Shown in pieces: positions 39,141 through 52,089 of a stretch of 64,000 nucleotides of DNA. The translations under genes were made by a program, and so were the position numbers. The notes beneath the pieces were generated by a model that saw nothing but the letters and a program-made list of their open reading frames with translations, did no database searches and was not told the origin of the DNA. Every line of letters starts with the position of its first letter. Within the stretch, counting starts at the first letter, position 1. The DNA is from the human T2T-CHM13v2.0 reference genome, Homo sapiens. The stretch lies in assembly GCF_009914755.1 (NCBI RefSeq), contig NC_060930.1; one strand, 5' to 3'.

Positions 39141-41423
39141 AAAAGAAAAACAGATAACATGAGCAGTGGATGGATGCTGCTGCATCCCACAGCCCCCAGT
39201 GCCTGTGCAACAGGCATGCTCAGCGCCTCCACAGGGACCTGCAGTGGCACGAAGCTGGGGAGACTTCAGTATGTTTATGAATATACATACCAATGTCTGA
39301 CTTCCTCCAGATCAGTAAAAGAGGAGAAGGGGCTGATGAGCGCACTGTGATTCAATAGCGACTGCGGGCATTGCATGACCAGCCCCAGTGTTCCACTGCT
39401 GGCACTCACTGCTGGCCTGGTCAGCCACAGGCCGTGAGCTGCATGCAGCATGAGGCCCAGAGTGGCAGGAGGCTCCTCCCCTTGAAGTCTGTCAGGCTCT
39501 GTCCATGGCTGAGAGAAACAGCAGCTACACTTGAAGCTTGCCACTGGCCACATCCCTTTCCAGGCACCTAGGAAGACCTCTTTCATACTAGGAAAGCCTC
39601 ACTTTATCTCCTGAGACCCTGAGCGTCAGTGCAGCAGTATCCGAAGCACCCAGCCGGGGACGCAGTGGGCACAGCTGGATTGCAGAAGGCAGGAAGAGGT
39701 CAGCAGCCACAGAGCTCCAGAGAAAGGCATGGGATCCAATCAGCACGAGGACACTCTGCATGGTCCGTGAGGTGTCTGAGGCCACCTCTTCTGATGGCAT
39801 CTGCTGGGTACAGGGAAGGGAGAATCCAGCCTGCGCCCCACACACATACTCTGCTGATGGAATGTCCACCGTATCCACCCCAAGCACAGGAGCCTCTGCA
39901 GCCACCAAGTTTGCAGGGCTTGCCAAAGGGGCCACAGCAGGGGCTGTGGGCACTGCAGGTGCGGTGGGTACACAGCACCCAAGGCTGCAGGCCCAGGCCA
40001 GGCAAATGCAGCAAGAACAGGAACTGCCACCCAGAAGAGGCAACTCAGGGACTGTGTGGGAGGGGCGGCCGGCAGGTCTTCAGAGAGAGGGCAGCGCCAG
40101 CATGGCCATCACGGGAGGAGAGAGGACCAGCAGGTCTATTTGGGGGCAGCTGAAGGTGGGGAAGCCAAGAACCTGGAGCCTTGGCTCATCCTTGCTCAGT
40201 GAAGGCGACAGGAGCAAAGGAGGTGGAAGCCGGAGAGGGCCACACCCAGAAGGAAGGAGAGGAGGGCGGAGCTTCCAGGAAGGAGAGCGCAGTCACCCTA
40301 AAACCACCCCCCAGCTGCTCCTTGGCCAGCTGTTCCTGGGGAGAGAGATGCCAAGAAGAAGCCTGGAGCAGCCCACAGGTGCAGACTCGGTTCCTCTCTT
40401 CACCAAACCACCAACAGCTGAAGAGTCTGGGACGTCTTCCAAATCGAGGGGAGCTGACATGGCCAGTCCAGCTCTACAAGTGACAGACTCAGAGGGGTCA
40501 GCTCTTCCTGAGGGACTTCAAAGCCAGCCCTCCTCAAGGCAATCAGTGGTCCCACCAAAGGGGTAGGCCGTGGAGAACAACACTGTGGAGCCTTCCTGGA
40601 GAGAGTGGAGGGTGGTTAGGGGCTAGGGTTTCTGCTACAGGGATGTTGGAGACCAGGGCAGCTGTAACCTTGGAACCCCATTAAGCTGGAGCCACAGCAG
40701 GAAGCTGCAGTTCCTGGACAGGTGCCGGGGAAGCCGGTCCAGCTCTCCCGCCACAGGCTCAACCCAGGATTCCATGTCTCACAGTGCAACAGTGGTCGCT
40801 CAGTGGATTCCATGATGTCACTGTGCTGCAGCCCTGTTCCCTGGTCTCCAGTCAGGGGACCACCCTCACACCCATGCTCTGCAGAGGCAGCATGAGGGGC
40901 AGCCTTGTCTGGGCTGATCTCAGCTTGGGCTCCCCAAGGCTACAGCCTGGGAAGCATCCCCTGCCACCGCCATCTCCTCTTCTCCCTCTTTTTCTCCCCC
41001 TACCCCAGAGCCACTGAGCACAGACAGACAAGCCATAGACAGCAGAACAGGATTCAGGTTTTCCCTCCTGGGATGTTCAGGGGCGGGAGGAGGGAAGCAT
41101 CTGATTTTGTTGGCAAACAGCATTGGAAAGTCTGTCGTGTGGACTTAGTGATTCCAGAGGTCTGGGCACTGGAGAAACACTCATGTGTGGGAGAACGTTC
41201 ATAGCAAAGAAGTTTGCAGCAGCAAATCCTGGAAGCAGCCAAATGTCCCTGAACAGGAGAACAGATGAAGTGTGGGATGTGCACACAAGGGGACTTGGTG
41301 CAAAGGGAAGGCGCACAGCAGCAACACACAGGAGCCAGGAGACTGCTGAGGAGACTGCAGGAGCCAGAAGACCGCAGGCACTGCTCAGTCAAAAGGCCAG
41401 GCGCAGAAGAAAACGGCCCACAC

Positions 41424-41594
41424 GCGCGGTGGCAGGCGGTGGCGGGCGATGGCGGGCGATGGCAGGCACCTGTAACCCCAGCTACTCAGAAGGCTGAGGC
41501 AGGAGAATTGCTTGAACCTGGAAGGCAGAAGTTGTAGCGAGCTGAGATTGCGCCACTGTACTCCAGCCTTGACGACAGAGTGAGACTCCGTCTC

Positions 41595-41624
<30 letters not shown>
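41424..41624 (+). mobile_element. 5'-truncated Alu (right arm) with 10-bp stutter at the 5' junction
   Basis: 17-bp TSD AAGAAAACGGCCCACAC (41407-41423, 41625-41641). Confidence 0.9.
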
Positions 41625-41626
<2 letters not shown>

Positions 41627-42018
41627 GAAAACGGCCCACACAGCTCAAACACAAGGCCATGATGAACACAGAAGTCAGGAGCATGCATGTCCGCAGCGTG
41701 GAAGGAAGGAGTCACACCAGGGGCTTTGATAGTACTGGGAATTGCATTTCTGAAGCAAGGTGCAGGTACACAGGAGGGGACCAACGTTATCTTTTCACAT
41801 TTTAACATTCCTGGTCAGGATGGTCCTTAGGTCACAGTCCGCCAGGTGACGGTTGTGATGTGGTTTCATTGCCTTAGAAAGACCTTAAGCAATTGCTTTC
41901 ACTTAATATTTTCCTTTTTATGTATGCACAAGAGCAATCAATGTATGACAAAAATCCATTCTGGCTGGTGTGAAGGATCACTTTCAATAAGTAAAGAAAT
42001 TCTAAGTGACAAGAAAAA

Positions 42019-42310
42019 AAAATGGAAGCCAAATCACATCACTCTCCTGCTCAGACCCTCTCCATGGCTTCTCACCATGCTTAGCCGGGAAGCAAGGTTC
42101 TCACAAAGGCTTTCGAGGCCATCAGGATCTGCCCAGTCCCTCCTCTCTGGTGAATCTTCAGCCCTGGCCTCCCTGCTGCCTTCCTGGCATACCAACCATA
42201 ATCCTATCTCAGGACCTAAGTACTTGCGTCCCCCTGCCAGGAATGCTCTTTCCCTGGATACCCCATGACTACTCCTCTACTTCCATTTACGAAGACACTC
42301 GATGAATCTC
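42019..42310 (+). mobile_element. L2 continuation
   Basis: CAAATCACATCACTCTCCTGCTCAGACCCTCTCCATGGCTTC...CCAGGAATGCTCTTTCCC. Confidence 0.75.
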
Positions 42311-42469
42311 AAAGTCTCTTGACATGGATGCATTTGACTTCTCCAATGTCGAAAATCCTAGAAAGGGAAAGCAGACTCATTTCCATGGAAAATCTCATAA
42401 TCCGCCTATCTATGATTCAAACAGGCCTTCCAAACTCATTTTTTGATCAAATTGAGCACCACCAAGAAA

Positions 42470-43080
42470 ACAGAAACCGCCCTTGTGAGCCTCCTGGTGT
42501 GACAGCAGGAATGTGCAGCATTGCCTCAGAGGGATTCTTGCCATATTCTTGCCAAATGCTTTACCTGGATCTAATCATGAGGAAACCATCAGATAAATCT
42601 AGATTGTGGCACATTCTGCAAAACAACTGGCCTGCCTTGTCAAAAAAGTCAGGGTCAGGAATAGCAACAACAAAGGCAAGGGAAATGTTCTAGATCAAAG
42701 GAAATGGAAGAAACATCACAACCAAGCGCTATGAATGAAATGTGACTGAAATGGAGGGGTGAGCCATAGAGAATAATTAGTCAACTGGGAAATTTTGAAT
42801 ATGGACTGCAGGTTAGATTATATTGAAATAGCGAGTTTGTTAGGTGTGACAAGGGCACTGAGGACGCGTAGAAGAATGTTGATACACAGGCAGAAATATG
42901 TGCAGGGAGCCTCGTGGCATCTGCAACTTACAAATGTCCCAACAGCAAAAAAAAAGTGACGGGGAGCGCATTCGGCAAGACACCAACAATTGGTGAATCC
43001 GGGTGAAAAGATTTTGATGGTCATTGTATTACTCCTCTAACTGCTTTTTATGTTTGAAATTTCAAAGTCAAAGGATTAAA
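42470..43080 (+). mobile_element. L1MC/ME 3' end
   Basis: ATCTAATCATGAGGAAACCATCAGATAAATC...GAATATGGACTG. Confidence 0.7.
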
Positions 43081-43199
43081 AATCAGTTTATTTTATATTA
43101 GAAATAAAATATCATACCTAAGGAAAAAAACAAGCTTGTAAAACCGAAAGAATACTACGGCTTTTTCAGTATGTTAAATAACATGCATAATTTGAAAAA

Positions 43200-43560
43200 T
43201 GACAATGAAAATGAATGCAACGACGACACCAAATTCTGCCATTAAAATTGACTGATGACTATGGTGAGGAATAAGACAATGGTAGAACTTTGATGTAGCG
43301 TCAGAACCAAAATCCTTTAGTATTACTCCTTTTGAAGTGCTGAAATTTATTTCCAGCAATAGTCACCTGGATACATTTATAAGATGTTGTAACTATCAGG
43401 TTCTATTTAATTTTGCCAATACCTGTCATCAATACTACTCAACATTAAAATTTATTTTAAAAGTACTTAAGGTCTACAGTGTCATAAGAAAGACAAATAT
43501 GGCAACTACTTCTGCAGAAAACAAAACACCGGAACTAGTAAATATTAAAAATGTCCCTCA
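43200..43560 (+). mobile_element. hAT (Tip100-like) transposase C-terminal remnant
   Basis: Broken frames read TPFEVLKFI...LPIPV...LKFI..KYLRSTVS*ER..NMAT.SAENK, like the hAT dimerization domain. Confidence 0.55.
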
Positions 43561-45589
43561 GAAAGTGGTTTTCAGGACAGCAGTACACATAACTATTTTA
43601 TAACAAAGCATTTAGCTCAAAAGTTTTCTAATTATCATGATTTAAAACTTGAACTGTCATTTTATGTTCAGGAATTTGATTTGTATAATTCATTTAGAAT
43701 GACTGTTGTCATTATTATGAACAGGAAATAAATAATACGGTTCTTTTTTTTTCTTACTTGAGGAAGTACTGCTGTTTCTCATTCACACAATAGCACTGAA
43801 TTGTTAGCAGCCCTGGTTAGGTTTGGTGAGCAGAGAAACAATAATGGTAAAGATAATGACAAGAATACAATAGAGGAATGAAAATACAGACAACGGAGTC
43901 ACAAACCTAAACCGCTGTTAGCACATTGGTGCCCTTTTTAAAATCAGGTACAATTAAAATAGCTTGGCAATCTTTGAAATGCTGCTTATGTGTTTTAGCT
44001 CTTTCTTAACTCATTTGAAACAACCAAGAGTATCTTATAAGACTAGATTCGTGCCCATATGAATTCAATTTGCAATCAATATTTAAATTTGGGAGAAATC
44101 AAATTTGTTAAATTCCTAAGTTCTTTATTTAATCATTGTGTAACTAGTGTCTGAATATTTAGAGGAATGTTGGTTGTTTGAAGATTAATAAACTGGACAT
44201 TAACAAAGTAGAAATCATATTATTTCTATCCATGCATAAACATCCCTGAGAAATTCCAGATTCTACCAAGATCAACCTCACTACATGCAAGACCTGGTGC
44301 CCAGGCCATATACAAAGGCTAGGGGTTCAGAGGGTGCTTGGCGTGAGACCTCTGCCCAAGAGCAGCACTTGACACTAGATAGAAACCAGCCATGGGGGTC
44401 AGATCCTCCCTCCTAGAGTCTAAGATAAGCAGCATCAACAGTCCGTGGTATAAAAGCAGACAGGAATGGAAGAATGGAGAGACACCTGTTTGCAAGAAGA
44501 GTGAAGTCACTGCAATAAGGAACACCTACTCCAAGCAGCAGCGAGGAGCCCTGACACCACAGGTGCTGCAGGTGCCCCAGAGCTGCTGCTGAGCTCCGAA
44601 CGTCAATGAATGACAGTCCAGCATCCCATGAGCCTGCTGCGGTGACCTCCTGGATGTTCCACTTCTCTGCAGTGCCATGGGGAAACCCAAGAACTCAACA
44701 TAGAGTGGGATCCAATCTACGAGCCATTCAGGAAACACATAGGGAGCAGCTACCATTGTCACCAGTGCTGTTCCAGGCACCGAGGGTGGATGAAACGTGC
44801 CTCCTCAACCTCGAGGCTCTTGTAATCTAGCAATTTAAATACAATGTCCTAAATGCTTCAACAGTACATGAGCCAAGTGCTATAGGGACAGCTAGAAGGT
44901 AATGATTAATGACTCAGGAGCCAGAAGCAGTAGAAAACAAGGATCAGAAAAGACTCCAGGGAGAATGAGCCATTTGGCTTTGCCTTGAAAATCACCATAA
45001 GGGATTTTACCAGGATGCAAGAAAAAAAAAAAAAAAGAGGGAACACAAACAAGTGGCACAGGGGGCAGCGGAACCTGCGGGTGGGGGAGGCGGTGGGAGG
45101 TAGGAGGACAAACTCATGCCTATTTTCAAATCCTGCTGTATGCTCTGGAGCAAGCTGTATAAACTCTCTATCTCTCAGTTTCCTGTCTGCAAAATGCGGA
45201 TAAAACTAGTGCCTACTCTAAAAGCAGGACAAGGATTAAGTGAGTTAAAGCACATCACGTTCTCAGATCAGTGCTTCACCCGTGACTCAACTCAACCATG
45301 TCAGCAGCCATCATCGCCATCTCCACACTTGCTAATTTAGCCACTCCCAACTCTCCTTCCTTCCTTCTGCTGTTGGTCATTCTTGGGCCACCTCAGTCTC
45401 TGTTCTGCCCACCTGTGTGTGCATTTTGGCTGGGTGCCTTCAGGCTGCTCTCTTGCCCAGCAAGGCAGCCAGCTTTCCAAAGGTGTTCTGCTCCTCTGTT
45501 TGCCAGCAGCACCTTCCCGCATGGAACACCTCCCAGGCCAGATACCCCATCAACCTCAGTGGGTCCCGGGAGTGACTTAGAACAGGAGC

Positions 45590-45820
45590 ACTTCATTTTG
45601 AGACAGGTTCAAATCCCAACTCTGCCTTTTACTACCTTGTACACTGTAAACATTCTGAGCCTTAGTTGTTTTTTTTTTTTAATCAGTAAAATGAGGGTAA
45701 CACTATCTACCTCATAGGGCTATTGTAAAGCTTAAAATAAAATTCATACATACAAAAATAAGTACGCAGAGCTGTTCCACCCAATGCCCAACACACAGTA
45801 AGTGCTCAATAAATGGTGGC
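45590..45820 (+). mobile_element. MIR
   Basis: GGTTCAAATCCCAACTCTGCCTTTACTA...TAAGTGCTCAATAAATGG. Confidence 0.75.
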
Positions 45821-47128
45821 ATAAACACACACACACACAAAAACCCACTTTGCGGGTATACAACTGTATACAAGTTGCTAGGTGTTTGCTCATTTTTCTG
45901 TCAACAGAATCATCACATTTGCTGTGATGCTGCTCGGTATTTTCCTAGATAGAAAGGAACTCTTCCTCAGCCTGGAATGTATATCCCATATGCCTCTGCT
46001 GGGACTACCCTAAGTGTATAGACTCTGCAACCAAGAAAACATTGACGAGAAAGCTTCCATACACCACCCAGCTTCCTTGCATGGTATCACATGCCATGAT
46101 GGAACTCATGGAAAGGAGACTCCAGAAACAATGGGGAGCAAGCTGAGGAGGGGCCCCAGTCTCTCCTTTCTTCCCTCCTCCCACCCTCACCCCCAGTGTT
46201 CAGAGCCTTCAGTTTGGTCATCTTCCTATCTCAGCTAAATGCATTCCCTGAAAAGGAGCTGAGAAATTCACTAGCACTAAGACTGGATGGAAAAACACAC
46301 ACAAGATTCCCAGGAATATTTACATCTGAGCAGATGGGCAAAGCAAAAATCAAAGGGATGCAGGTTAATTAGGGAATTATGGGCCTCAGGAATGCCAGGA
46401 AGGAAAAAATATTGTGTAACTGGGAGATGTTCCCAGGGCCACCGTAATTAAATCACACTAGGCCTGTCCCAGGTGTGGCGGCCTGTGGCCGGTCAGAGCA
46501 GGAGGCAAAAACGAAAAATAGGTTTCTTATTCTTCTTAAAATTAAATTAGAATGTAAAAGACAAGCCTAACAGCTTTGAAAAAGAATGAGGTGGAGATCC
46601 ATGAGCTGATATAGAAAGAAACAAAAAACAGAAAAATGCATGATACAAATCAGTATGCATAGAATGAATATCCATATATATGTTCCTAGATGCGTGGAAA
46701 ATTGCAGAAAGACACAAAGCAAACTGGTAGGAACGGCTAACTCTGTGGAGGTGGCTTGGAGGACTGGAAATCAGCAGTGAAAGAGAAAGCCTTGTCTCTG
46801 CTTCTCCACTCATATTCTTCTATCAATTTTTTAGACTATGTGTACGTATCACCTTTTCAATTTAAAAAATAGGTTAGAAAAGATAGCATGAAAAAATTCA
46901 GTGAGCTGTGAAGTCTTTTAATAAAACCAACAGCGTGAGATGTAATTCTTAAAAGACTAATGAGAGACCACAGTTAGCAAAACGATACCATGAATAAAAC
47001 CCCAAGTCAAAATATTTTGCTAGGATCCAGAATTCACATTAAATTCTGTGATGTAAAGTGTCATTAAAGGTGGCTGAAGAGCCAGGGGAATGGAGAGGAA
47101 GGATCCCAATGCTTGATCTGGCTTTCTT

Positions 47129-47396
47129 TCTTTTTTTTTGAGATGGAATCTCGCTCTGTCGCCCAGGCTGGAGTGCAGTGGCGCGATCTCGGCTCACGCC
47201 ATTCTCCTGCCTCAGCCTCCCGAGTAGCTGGGACCACGGGCACCCGCCACCACGCCCGGCTAATTTTTTGTATCTTTTAATAGAGACGGGTTTTCACCGT
47301 GTTAGCCAGGATGGTCTCCATCTCCTGATCTCGTGATGTGCCTGCCTCGGCCTCCCAAAGTGCTGGGATTACAGGCATGAGCCACCACGCCCTGCC
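47129..47396 (-). mobile_element. AluY-like with 25-bp internal deletion
   Basis: GGCTCAC|GCCATTCTCC; TSD TCTGGCTTTCTT. Confidence 0.92.
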
Positions 47397-48370
47397 AGTC
47401 TGGCTTTCTTAATGATGTAGGTTTTTCTCTTAGAAAGAACATCCACCACATTTCCATACCTATTTTTGAACAACAAGACAGGGTTTCAGAACTCATGTTC
47501 TTCATTAGTCAAATTCACCCCTGCCCCACCTCACCATGCCTGCCTTCAGTCCTAAGCCTGAGGATGAGTTCTGCAGGCACCAGCTGCTTTGTTCCTTATA
47601 AATAGGGGTTTCCCAGCTAGTCTGGAGTGATGAGTACTAAGACGGGTCAAAGTCCAAAGTTGCAGACATGTGGTTGTGTAAGTATGAATGTTGCATATTC
47701 TCAGACCTGATCATCATACCCTTAACTTAGAGACTGCTCAGAATTTTTGCTCAGTTCCTCATGTTTCTGCTTTGGGGATTTGGTGATTACATTTGTTGCT
47801 AAAGCAAAGCAAAACGCAAGCCCCTCAAGTCCTGAAAATTACAAAATTTCCCAGTGGAAATTATGAAGGAGGGGGAGAAAGAAATTTTAAAAACTTCACA
47901 TCTTGACCAGCCAGACAACATCAATTCCCAGAGATGTTGAGAACAGCAAGAAAAAGTACACCTGGAGAAATTACATAGAAATACTTTGCTTCCCCAAGTA
48001 CTACACAACTAAAATTAAACTGAGGGAAAAAAAACTAGCTTTGAAATAACTATTGACATCCATAATACCCATATCCTCTAGGCATCATGAAAGTACTAAA
48101 CAAATTGATGAACTAAAAAGGCAGCAGAGAACCCAAAGAGGCAACTGACAAACATTTGAAGGCAGATGGGTCTACGGAATCAGAGAGTAAATTCCACATT
48201 CCAGGTAGTTTCCTAGTAAATTTCTGTAAGCACGCTGGCTCCAACATGCCAGTGTCATGTGTTAAGATATCGATCTAGAGAACCAAATTCACCAGCTGAA
48301 GAGTCTTCTGTACTTGGCATTGTGGGACATAACAGAGAGACTCTCTATCCTTAAGAAATTAGTCTTTTAA

Positions 48371-48812
48371 ACTTGGAACCAACCCAAATGCCCATCAATG
48401 ATAGATTGGATAAAGAAAATGTGGCACATATACACCATGGAATACTATGCAGCCATAAAAAAGAATGAGTTCATGTCTTTTGCAGGGACATGGATGAAGC
48501 TGGAAGCCATCATTCTCAGCAAACTAACCCAGGAACAGAAAACCAAACACTACATGTTCTTATCGTAAGTGGGAGTTGAACATTGAGAACACACGGACAC
48601 AGGGAGGGGAACATCACACGAGGCCTGTCGGAGGGTGGGGGGCAAGGGGAGGGAAACCATCAGGACAAATACCTAATGCATGTGGGGCTTAAAACCTAGA
48701 TGGTGGGTTGATAGGTGCAGCAAACCACCATGGCACATGGCACATGTAGACCTATGCAACAAACCTGCACATTCTGCACATGTATCACAGAACTTAGAGT
48801 TTAAAAAAAAAA
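48371..48812 (+). mobile_element. L1PA (about PA7/8) 5'-truncated 3' end
   Basis: TGGAACCAACCCAAATGCCCATCAATGATAG...AACCTGCACATTCTGCACATGTA, then poly(A). Confidence 0.9.
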
Positions 48813-50909
48813 TAGTATTTTAAGAGAGATGTATGGAGATGCATTGCAACAAGTAAAATAACACCCTGTAGAGAACAAAATGAGAGTGAAAGCCTTTGAA
48901 TTTTTTTTCAAATAAACATCTATAAACAGTTTTCAATACGTGCCATGCACAATGCTCAATGCTCTAAATTCATTGTCTTATTTAATTCTCACCCTATCTC
49001 TATTAGGTAGATGCTATTGCTGTTCCCATTTCACAAGTGATAAAACAGAAGCTTAAAAAGATCAGGTAACTACAAAGTGCGGAGCTCAGGCTCTTAACCA
49101 CCAGAAGAGATGCTCAGATTTCCTGATCATTTTATCTGATACATGCAACAATCAGAGCTATTAATCTACAAGCCACACGTTGTCAGGCATTGAATCTTTA
49201 CTCAGTCCTCAATCAACATCAAAACCAAACTCCCCAAATCTACTAAATTTTTCTATCATTTATCAGACGGCTCTACATGCAACTGTGCTAAAAACCAGGT
49301 GCCAAAACAGTCATCTCTGTTGTTTGAGGTCAGCTTGTACACACTTCTTTGTCAGTTTGATACAGTAAACATAAAACTCACCAAATGCACTCACCAGAAA
49401 TGAAAGGGAAGCAACTTGTTCTAAGTTATCTAACATTAGATTGTTCAATTTAACATAAGGAGGTTATATAAAATTTTATTTCTTTTTCCTTACCTTAAAA
49501 TTTTCTGTTACTTACATAACAAAAATAAGATCAAATAAAAAATACATTTCTCTTATATAATAAATGTGTTTTGGGAAAGTGGCATATAAACAGAATAATA
49601 TCTTCAATGCACTGGAGAAATTAGTCATTGGAGAGAAGGTTATAATGAATCATTTTGTAATGTAAAGAATTCTTTTATGTGAATGTATTTATAATCTACC
49701 CTGTACCAAACACATGTTTCGGGCAACTTAGGAAGATACATATAATCCCAGATAAAATAAATTTTGAAAATAAGTAATGAATTCCAGGCAAATGGAAAAT
49801 AATGGTAGAAAAGGGCAGGAGGAAAATGAACGCAGGAAACCCATAAAGGTCTATGTACTTCGCAGAGGTGGGCCCCAAATTTAGCTGCAAAGCTGTCTCC
49901 AGCCCCAGCACCTAAAGGGACACATGATCAGTTACACAATTGTAGGCGTCTACACGATTTTAGAAAATCAAACCCACCAAACTGGTTGCTGTTTTCTGAG
50001 TGTTTCCCACACCTCCTGACCAAAAGGTGATCCTAGATCCCTCTGAGACCCCACTTCCCTCGGCTCCCTCAGTGGAAGGCCGCTCTTTCTCCCACCCCCA
50101 CCTGCAGCAGGACACCTCAGAGTCAGTGTCATCCCCCAGTCATGGTTGTTTCCAGATCACTTCTTGGCTCCATTCCACCTCAGCTGTCTGCTGTGCTCTC
50201 CGTGCACCCTGCATCTTCATACTGCCCTGCTGAAATCACCCCTGCAGACTTCCCCAGTGCGGAGTCTCCACCCTGACTCCACACTAGAACCACAGGTCAC
50301 CAAATTCCAGTCCCTGGCACCCCTTCCCCTGAACACTGAAAAAGCCTAACTTAATTGACCCCAACTGGGGCCCAGGCATCGGTCCATTTCTAAGAACCCC
50401 AGGTGTTTTCAATACACAACCAGAGTTGAAGACTATGGTTTCTCCCTGACCATTCTTTCTGTTTCATTCCTTCACTCCAACTGTGCCTGCTTTTCAACAT
50501 CCTTGGGTCCTCTGATTCAGTGACTCTCTCCTTTGCTCATATCCATCCAGCCTCTCCTCTTTTTCCCTCTCATGCTTTCTGTCTCCCTGCCTGGTTTCAA
50601 CTCCATGCCTCATCGCTTCAGCTGCCCCTTCACTAGTATCCTAAACTACCTCGCTCTGTTGTGCTTCCGTAACAACCACCCAAAACACCCCAATCTAAAC
50701 CAATCCAACTGTTCTCTTTCTCCATGTCTACACTGAGACTTCTGAGCAGTGCTTGCGTGGGGAAAGCAATACTCTTCAAGTCAATTAAAATTACTTTTAG
50801 CAAATTAAAAATGGAACGGAACTTCCTTAATAGAATAATGGAATTTGCAGCAATTATTTGTGTACATAAAAATTCCAAGTAAATCCTTGTTAAACTATTG
50901 GAATTAAAT

Positions 50910-51093
50910 ATGGTCATGTGCCGCATAGCCATATTTTAGCCAACAATGGACTGCATTTTCTACAGCGGTCTCATAAGATTATAATGTCTCCTTGTGTTGC
51001 CCAAGCTGGTGTAGAACTCCTGAGCTCAAGCAGTCTGCCAGCTTTGGCCTCCCAAAGCGCTGGGATGACAGGCATGAGCCACCACACGCAGCC
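50910..51093. mobile_element. Tigger3-like end fused to a minus-strand Alu monomer fragment
   Basis: GTCATGTGCCGCATA...CATAAGATTATAAT then GTCTCCTTGTGTTGCCCAAGCTGG. Confidence 0.65.
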
Positions 51094-51402
51094 CAAATTT
51101 AGCAAGTTTTCTAGGTAGATTGTCACTATACAAAACTCAATTTTATTTCTCTATCCCGGCAACAAATAGTTCAAATATGAAAAAAAAAAAGTTAGATATC
51201 ATTTACTTCATCAAAAGTTATCAAGTACTTAGGAAGAAATTTGACATTTTATACAATTGTCCAACTGAAATTAAAAACTTAAAGTCACCCAAAAACTAAC
51301 ACACAAAATGTTTTAGTGGCTTTATTCATAATTGCCCAAATTGGAAACAACCTACATCTCTCTCAAGTGGAGAGTGGATAAACACACTAGGGTACCTGAC
51401 TT

Positions 51403-51809
51403 TGTTAAAAGAAAACCTAGACAGATTACATTTAACAGAGTTTAGCTGAGCAAAGAACAATTCATGAATTGAGCAGCCCATAGAACCAGAATCGCTTCAG
51501 AGAAGCTCTGGCACTGCCGCGTGGTTGGAGAGGATTTATGGCCAGAAAGAGGAAAGTGAATTACAGAAAACGGAAGTGAGGTACAGCAACAGCTGAATTG
51601 GTTACTGCCTGGAGTCTGCCTTATTTGAACACTGTTCAAGCAGTCGGCCGCCTGTGAGTGGTTGAAGTACGGCTGCTGGGATTGGCTGCTTGTTACAAGA
51701 GTGAGTTGCAGGCTGTTTATACATCCAGTTAGTTTACACTTCACTATGTACAGAAAAACCTCTAGGCTGAACTTATAAGGAGGCAGCTTTAGGTAAACTT
51801 AATTTAACA
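51403..51809 (-). mobile_element. MER57 solo LTR inside an L1M
   Basis: Minus strand TGTTAAATTAAGTTTACCTAAAGCTGCCTCCTTA; near-TSD ACTT/CCTT. Confidence 0.85.
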
Positions 51810-52089
51810 CCTTCAGTGGAATATTACTGAGCAATATAGAGGAATGAGCTAGTGGCACACACAAAATAGATAAACTCAAATGTGCTCCAATGAAGCCAGA
51901 CTCAAAAGGCTACATGCTGTATGAGCCCATTTATATGACGTTCTGGAGAAAGCAAAATTATAGGAACAGAAGACAGATCAGAGATTGGCAGGACAGAGGT
52001 GGGAGGAAAGTCTTACTAACAAATAGGGCAGGGGATCGATAGGTCTGTTCTGTATCTTGGTGGTGGTGGTGGTTACATTTGTAACTATT

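Larger units (their letters stand above)
38521..42018 (+). pseudogene. Candidate ancient retrocopy of an unidentified GC-rich transcript
   Basis: Splits an L2 at TT/AAAA; TSD AAAATG(T/G)AA (38510-38518, 42019-42027); AGTAAA at 41990-41995 then A-tract from 42011; long open frames (39592-40566). Confidence 0.55.

Noticed and set aside
39760-40566. 268-aa ORF as a functional CDS
   Set aside because: No recognisable family, overlapping frames are also largely open, and upstream frames are disrupted; kept only as part of the retrocopy candidate
42265-42693. 142-aa ORF
   Set aside because: Spans L2 and L1 remnants; no coding features
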